Source: Chrysomallon squamiferum
Lineage: Eukaryota; Animalia; Mollusca
Assembly: GCA_012295275.1 (NCBI GenBank)
Contig: CM022672.1
Location: forward strand, 31,744,001-31,808,000
Direction: 5' to 3'
Length of the DNA: 64,000 nt
This document shows, piece by piece, positions 57,093 to 64,000 of the stretch (the stretch's first letter is position 1; each line of letters starts with the position of its first letter). Made by a program: the position numbers and the translations under genes. The notes below the pieces were generated by a model. It was not told the DNA's origin. It ran no database searches and saw nothing but the letters and a program-made list of their open reading frames with translations.

Positions 57093-57131
<39 letters not shown>
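56966..57131 (+). mobile_element. Possible Helentron/HINE-type element end (short palindrome followed by GT microsatellite)
   Basis: Perfect stem atcctccg-aagg-cggaggat, then (GT)n about 110 bp later. Other end not identified. Confidence 0.35.
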
Positions 57132-57133
<2 letters not shown>

Positions 57134-57221
57134 CTAGAGAGCGAGAGGACGGGTACAGACATTTTATATGTGGAATATTGGCTGCTGGGAGATTTTAACC
57201 TACACTGATTTTTCAATGAGC

Positions 57222-57269
<48 letters not shown>

Positions 57270-57947
57270 GATTATTTATGCTGTTGTTGATGTTGTTATT
57301 ATATTGTTATTTTGATCGTCGTATTACTTTTTCTATTTGTCTTTTATTCTATTTATCATTATTGTCTCAATCGTTATTTTTATTGTTTCGTTTTGCTTTT
57401 GCACATTTCGTTATTAATAATGAGAAATAGATTCATCTAATAGCGTTTCTTTTTTCTATTTGTTTGTTTTAATTATTATTTATTTATTCTTTTTTTTTCT
57501 GTACAGTGGAATTACAATTTTTGTTTTTCTTTTTGTAAAATGAAGAAAATCAACAGGAGAGACATTTTTTTCTCGCCAGCTCAGTTATTTTTTCCGCGAG
57601 AATTGCAGATGTCAGTTATATTACTTCAATCAGCGATCAGACGAAACACACGAGGTAATTTTTTTTTTACATTTGAATTTCCCTTTTTCGCATCATTTAA
57701 AGTTTGGGAGGCTTGGTGTTAAAGGTTCATAATATTTTCATAATAAGTAAGAATTTACCTGACACAAAATCGAAAGAAGATAAAATAAAATAAATAAATA
57801 AATAAAACCTTTTATTTCCTTGTGCAAGCAAATACAAGGCTGTATCAGGATAGAATCCTTAATTTTATTTATTTATTTATTTATTTTATCATTTTGTTTC
57901 TTTCTTGCTCCCCTATCTGTTTTCCTTTTTTTCTTTAGTTATTTTAA

Positions 57948-57980
<33 letters not shown>

Positions 57981-59219
57981 TCATAACATTTGTTGTTGTC
58001 CTTCTTGCAGTAAACAACGTTAAAAGAAGAATGTGGCTAAAAAGCGCAAACAAAAATTTCATTTCTTAGCGTCGTCTTTCCGAGGCTCTGGTAAATGTTT
58101 TATTTCCATGATGAGATATAAAACATGTAACAAACCTATTCAGTTAATTAGTGTTGTGTGATACCTGTAGTGATGTTTGTGTATGTGAATGTAAGTGTGT
58201 GTCGGGCTGAGGGTTGTAGAACGTGCTTGTTTTCGAGGGTGGAGTGGATGTTGCATGGTTGCTGTGGGCCTTCCTTTGCTCTTGAGGCCCCGGGACAAAG
58301 AACCCGCTGAACACCCCTTCCCGATAGGCCCAAGATCAAAAACATATGCTAATGATCACTAACATCATCCGCTCATGTTTATAATTCCTATGAAATGTTG
58401 GTGGTCGTTTTGGATCATCTTCTTGGGTTTTTCAGCCATATTTATCTGGTATATATCTGTTAGTCCAATTTTAGTATCTGATAAACTGATTCAGTGATGA
58501 TATCGGAAAATATAGTATAACTTTAGACCAAAGTTCAAATTAAGTTATCAAAATTAAGCATTGCACGAAACGAACATCGTAACGACACAGTGATTCTCTT
58601 TATTACGACAGACTTCAAAAGATACTTCTGGTTAACTGAGTGGTTATGGTGACATCTTCGGGAGCGTGACCCCTGAATTATTGTAAACCTTTATCTCAGT
58701 TACTTGTTCCAGGTGAAGTGCACCAGATCGGCAGCGGACACAGAGAACTGGGTGGGGTAATGTGGATGGGGAGGTGATCTGGTTTTTTATTATAGTTTGA
58801 GCGCTGCAGGCCGAATTGAAGTCGATTGATAAACGATAAAGAAATATGTCGATGATGAATATGTGTGTGTGTTTTCGCAACGAGGCCAGCCATAGTGAAA
58901 CAACAGCTCAGTGTTCCTGTGTATGGGAAGATATTAGTTACAGAAAGTGAGATTATTTCACCGGATACAACCGAACAAGTCATATGACAACATACGTATT
59001 TTCTTCTTCTTCTCCTTTTCGTCTTTTTTATTTTATTTTACAAACGGATTTATCAAACATATATTCACATATAAAATAAAACATTTAAAAGAATATTTTG
59101 AAGGTTTCATTAAAACTATGTTCTCTTTGAAAACTCATTTAGTTTCACCAAAAAGCTATAAATTGCCTGTCTGTACTGAATGAAAATCTCTTCAGGTAAA
59201 TTCACATTTAAATCTGTAT

Positions 59220-59580
59220 CTAAGTTAGACTAACCAGAGATCTAACCCTAATCGAAATGCTAACCTTACTTGTGAAAGTCATCATATGACTTTCCAGGTG
59301 TTGCAGATTTTTCAGATATTTAAACCTAACGCTAACTCTAACTCTAAGATTGTTCAAGTCTTATATGAAGTGTCTCTTGAGAGAAATAGATATTTGAATC
59401 TGAACTAGAATTATTCCTAACCCTATCTCTAACTCTAAATTTAAATTTATCCTAACCCTGTCCATAAGTTGTATACAGTAATACTAACCTTAACACCAAC
59501 ACTAGCCCTAATACTAAACTGAACACCTACACTAAACCCTAATCCTAAACTTAACACCTACACTAACTCATACTCCTATT
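59220..59580. repeat. Degenerate (CCCTAA)-like hexamer tract
   Basis: ctaaccctaa, ctaactctaa and aaaccctaatcctaaac. Similar tracts at 28655-28695 and, on the opposite strand, 41775-42090. Confidence 0.6.
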
Positions 59581-60393
59581 TAATGCTTTGCATAAGCAGT
59601 CAAGAAGTTGGCAATGTTTCATAGCAATATATGAAACCCAAATACAAATTCATTCTTTGCACTTTGAAATAAAATCATGTTAGTCCTTTGACAGTACAGA
59701 ATAACTGGATTTATTTTTGTCAGTAATTATCAGTGTTGAGTTTTGAAAGCAGAGAGATTTATTTTTGTCAGTGAAGTTATCATTAACACCTATTTATAGT
59801 CAGTATAAAATGAAATTTTAAAACCAGATTTAATTTCTGCCAGTAACTGAAGTTTACATTAATTAAGGTTAAAACTATTTTTAGTCATAACAGTTATAAG
59901 CTATAATCAGAATTATGGGCCTTTGTTTGTATAAAAATGTATTTTCAAGTCAGATGAGACAATAATTTCATGTTTACTCATTTCAATAATTCCAGTATAA
60001 TGATTCTGTCAACAAGAGGTAGCATGTTCTCCAGTCAAACAAGTACAGAATCCAGTTGTTTCATTTCATTATCACATGAACTGTTTTCTCAACTTTAACT
60101 TTCTATCTCCTTCTTGATTTATTCTGAATAACACCAGCAACAGTGACAAGTATTAATAATCAAATTATGATATCAGTAACTAATTAAGTAAAAGCTACAT
60201 GATGAAATTACATGTATAAAATTACTTCTTTGTCCATTGTTTTGTTATCTGCTTTCCATTCATTTTTAAACTTTTACTTCTTTTGAAGTTTTAAATGAAA
60301 CAAGTGTTGTATAAAATATGAAAAACATTTATATGAACAGAAAGTTGAAAACTATGTGGTAAAAAGATCAGTTTTCCATTCTGTTAAACAGTA

Positions 60394-60451
<58 letters not shown>

Positions 60452-60822
60452 TGTGTGTGTGAATACATATGTACAGAAAGAAGAGAAAAATAATAACATT
60501 TTCAGATATTTCTTTGTCTTGCTACTGTAAAAATTATCTCAACACACAAAATCATTATTGTATTCATCTGAAATAATCACATTTTAAAACACAACTCAGA
60601 TAGTTTAGTTTTTAATTACTGCTTAATTAGAGACAGAACTAGATAATCTTAGCTGTTCAGAAGAGATTTCACTAAACTGAAACACACACACACACCAAAA
60701 TAATAATCATAAACAAAAATTGAAATATTAAAATAAAAATGAGTAATAAATAGAAAAAATAAGAATCAAATGGAATAATTAAGAATAAGAAAAATTATAA
60801 TTCAAAATATAAATGCATAACC

Positions 60823-60853
<31 letters not shown>

Positions 60854-61326
60854 TTTCAAAAAAAAAAAAAAAAAGAAGAAAAAACAACAAATAAATAAAC
60901 AATCACAAATCAAACAACAACCACAAAGTCTATAAATCTGCAAGAAAACTCAGCTAACAATTATTGTCAAACTATCATCAGTTGCAGCATCAGGCTTCTG
61001 TCATGTTTGCTTGCAGTTTCAAGGGCAGCTCACTCTGTTCTCACATGATACTTGACTGAGGTTTAGCTGATGTGGGGCTGCTCTGCTGTTTGCTCTTTGC
61101 TTTAAGGGCCGCACTGATTATTTAAATTAATATTATGTATTATGACATTTAGAGTCTCCTAGCATCAGAAAAATTACATTTTGTTCTATTAGTTTTTAAA
61201 GTAGTCTAGCCATTATTTGTTCTTTACAACTACCAGTTACCTACTTAAAGGTGTTAGACATTTTTGTTTTTTTTTCTTTCTTTTTCTTTTTTAATATACA
61301 ATGCTAGGAAGTATTTATCAAATGCA

Positions 61327-61369
<43 letters not shown>

Positions 61370-64000
61370 AAAATAACATTTAATTAATATTAACAATATT
61401 TTTACTGACAATTTTTGGTTTGTTTCCTGGCACTAGACAATGTCAGTAAAATGAAAACAGAAGATCCCGTAATTAACTATTACTTATTATAAATATATTT
61501 GTAGTAAACAGTAGACCCTTTTCCTCCTCTCTGAAAAATAATCATGAAGGTAACAATGTAACAAAAGTTCATGCAAAACATTTAACTACAGTCAGAAGGA
61601 GAACTGTACAAATATCTAGAAGTAATATGACAAATAATGGTTATAGGGAATGTTTTGTATTAAGTACATGTGAGGGATTCAAATAAAGCATCCATTGTAA
61701 TCTTTGGTTTCACTGAAAACACGTAAAGTCTATTTCTGTTTGTTTAGAATTAAAGTACTTGGGTGCTGGAAGACACTTGGGACATCTACAAACACTGCCA
61801 CTGAGACTGTCTTAACAAAAACAAGACAGTAGTGGTCTGTCAGTATTGTTCAGGTGTGTGGGATGTTGTCAGTGTGACTGGGGTGAAAGGTAGGTCAGCA
61901 GAGAAGACAGAATATCTGGCAAGAGAGAAAGATGTTTGAGTCAATTCTGTACATTATATTATCAATTGTCTAAAATATTTTACTATCATGATGAATTAAA
62001 GAATGTAATGAACAAAGACACTGTGTGGATTTTATGAGAGACAATCCTAACTTATTACAAATGATGACAATACTAAAAGTTATCATTAAGCAATGAATAA
62101 GAAGAGAAATATTCCAAAAAAAAAAAAAAGTAGATAAATTACAAGTTGCAGACTATCACGTAAAAAAATTACAAACAAAAAACCCAGGAATTGAAAGAGA
62201 AACAGTATTTATTCAAGTAATAAAAAATAGGAATCAATTAAATATCAAAATAAAAATATTCATGTCTACTGAAGCAAAGTTCTGGCAAGATGTCACCTTT
62301 TTCACAGAATAGAAAACCTCTTGCAAGTTATAGACAGAGCTTAGAGGCACCTTTCCTTCTAGAGGTCTCATGTTCTTGTTCTGAAAAAAATATATAATAC
62401 AAAATAATAATATTCTTCCCAAATGAGATGCTTGAAAATAAGTAAAATTCACTTCACATAGAACTACGAGGACAAGCTTGACAAAAATGAAATGTTTGTC
62501 ACATTGCTATGTCTTATGCCACACATGAAATGAACAAAGAAAATGTTACACAAAGCACATTGAGTTATATCACAGTCACACTGAGATATATCAGCTACAC
62601 ATGTATGTACATGACAGCACAATCACATCAGTTTATTACTTACTAAATATTAGTCAAACAATTTCAAATGTTTAAATTACAGGAAAACATTGCCACAGCT
62701 CAATTTTCCTCTGGAAGTCAAAACAGTCATTGTTACTCAAATATAAAGCCTGAATAGACAAATTACAAGTTACAGTCAGCAGAAAGTGAATATAAATTAT
62801 AACTGTGGATAATGCTAGAGATCAGAAATAGAATACTGTGCTTTTTTAAACCTCAACAGTTTGAAATAAGAACACTGAGAAATCTTATATTATTCACTCA
62901 GCTGATCTGTTAGAGGACAGAGATTTGGAAGACTACATAGAATTATGGTAAGACAGAATGAATACATACAAGTCAGCAGTCTTCCACTGGTAGGTTTGTA
63001 GGAGTCTGGTTGTCTACTGATGGGGATGGTGAGTCTGGTCATTCTCTGCTGGAGGTGAGGAGCCTTATCATCCACTGGTAGGGTGCCTGATCATCTGGAA
63101 TTCAGATTGCATAACAAATTTAGTTTTCTGTGATGTCTGCATGTTTTATTTTTGCTGTTAATTTCTCAACTGCTTTGAGGTTGTTTTAAAAGACCTAGCA
63201 GTTTGTTATTTAAAGAGAGAAGGAAAATCCCAACAGGAAAACAAAATGGTTCAGTCAGGCAGGCAACTCATGTTTTGAATGACATTGCCTTTATGGACCA
63301 GTATAGTAAGCCATTGTCTGTTCTTATTTTGATAGGGTGTAATGTGTAATTAACCTGTGTCAAAAACATTTAATATAGCTATTATATTCCTATTATATCT
63401 TTGCTCGCTGTATGATCCCATTTATTATCATTGGAAAAAGTTATTTAAATTGTATTTGATCGACTGTATAATGTATTATTTATAATGTGTACCTTAACTT
63501 GTCCTCTCTGTATTTCTCTAGTGGATAGATAGAATTATTGCTTGATATTGATTGCTGTCAATTTAGTTTTTAAATTCCTTGTTAGGTGGCCATTAAAGCA
63601 CCTTGTTACCCTAGACTGAGCCTTAATAAAATATCCAAGATGTTTTATGGTGTGAGCTCTGTGACAGGATTGTAAAAGTTGGGCCTCTCATCCAGGATTT
63701 TAAAAATAATTAATGTGGGAGTTCGTTTTCTCAAATTCTTATGGAATTATTTCTTTGGATGTATCGAATATTTTCCCAATTTAATGACAGCTAATTTATG
63801 TTTATATCTACTAGAGAAAATATAACAAAACAAAATAATAAGAATAAAAAAAATTATAAAATTATAAAATCAGAACAGAAATTATTACGGATCAAGATAT
63901 AGTGCACAATCTTGGTGTAACTTCTACTAAAAGAGCCAAGAGGGCTGAGCTAATAGAATTAGCAAATATTCATAGTATTTCAAGTCCCAGTCAAGAGAGA

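Noticed and set aside
58846-58950. Coding first exon MSMMNMCVCFRNEASH...
   Set aside because: No recognisable homology and no downstream exon found to support it.
59220-59580. True telomere or chromosome-fusion site
   Set aside because: Hexamers are highly degenerate and interspersed, with no perfect (TTAGGG)n run or head-to-head junction.
62890-63100. Minus-strand terminal coding exon
   Set aside because: Frames from the nearest acceptor stop early and the 61-aa ORF resembles nothing I recognise.

Overview
AT-rich, microsatellite-dense eukaryotic DNA with spliceosomal introns, probably from an invertebrate and plausibly a mollusc (inferred from gene content and repeat style, not proven). 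Nearly all ORFs in the track are microsatellite translations. Three protein-coding genes can be rebuilt by hand, all on the + strand. (1) A secreted Gly/Met-rich protein with a lone follistatin-N-like Cys module (exons 3159-3221, 3751-3808, 4571-4848; first exon not found). (2) A type II glutamine synthetase: putative non-coding exon ~8216-8260 and six coding exons from 10237 to 15623, 361 aa once two +1 homopolymer insertions in the 14362-14563 exon are corrected. (3) A BTB-BACK-PHR (BTBD1/2/3/6-family) gene at 51521-53083 with one frameshift. The middle of the window holds a segmental duplication (~28990-33330 vs ~39255-49010) carrying a decayed L1/Tx1 retroelement and a promoter plus 5'-UTR-exon cassette that recurs 3-4 times upstream of the BTB gene. 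It also holds a ~2.2 kb inverted repeat, a 15x38-bp minisatellite and two hAT MITEs. A recurring pattern is tandem duplication that copies splice sites, including decoy acceptors in the GS gene that read W-E-F-Q-stop. All coordinates and identities were read by eye; no searches were run.
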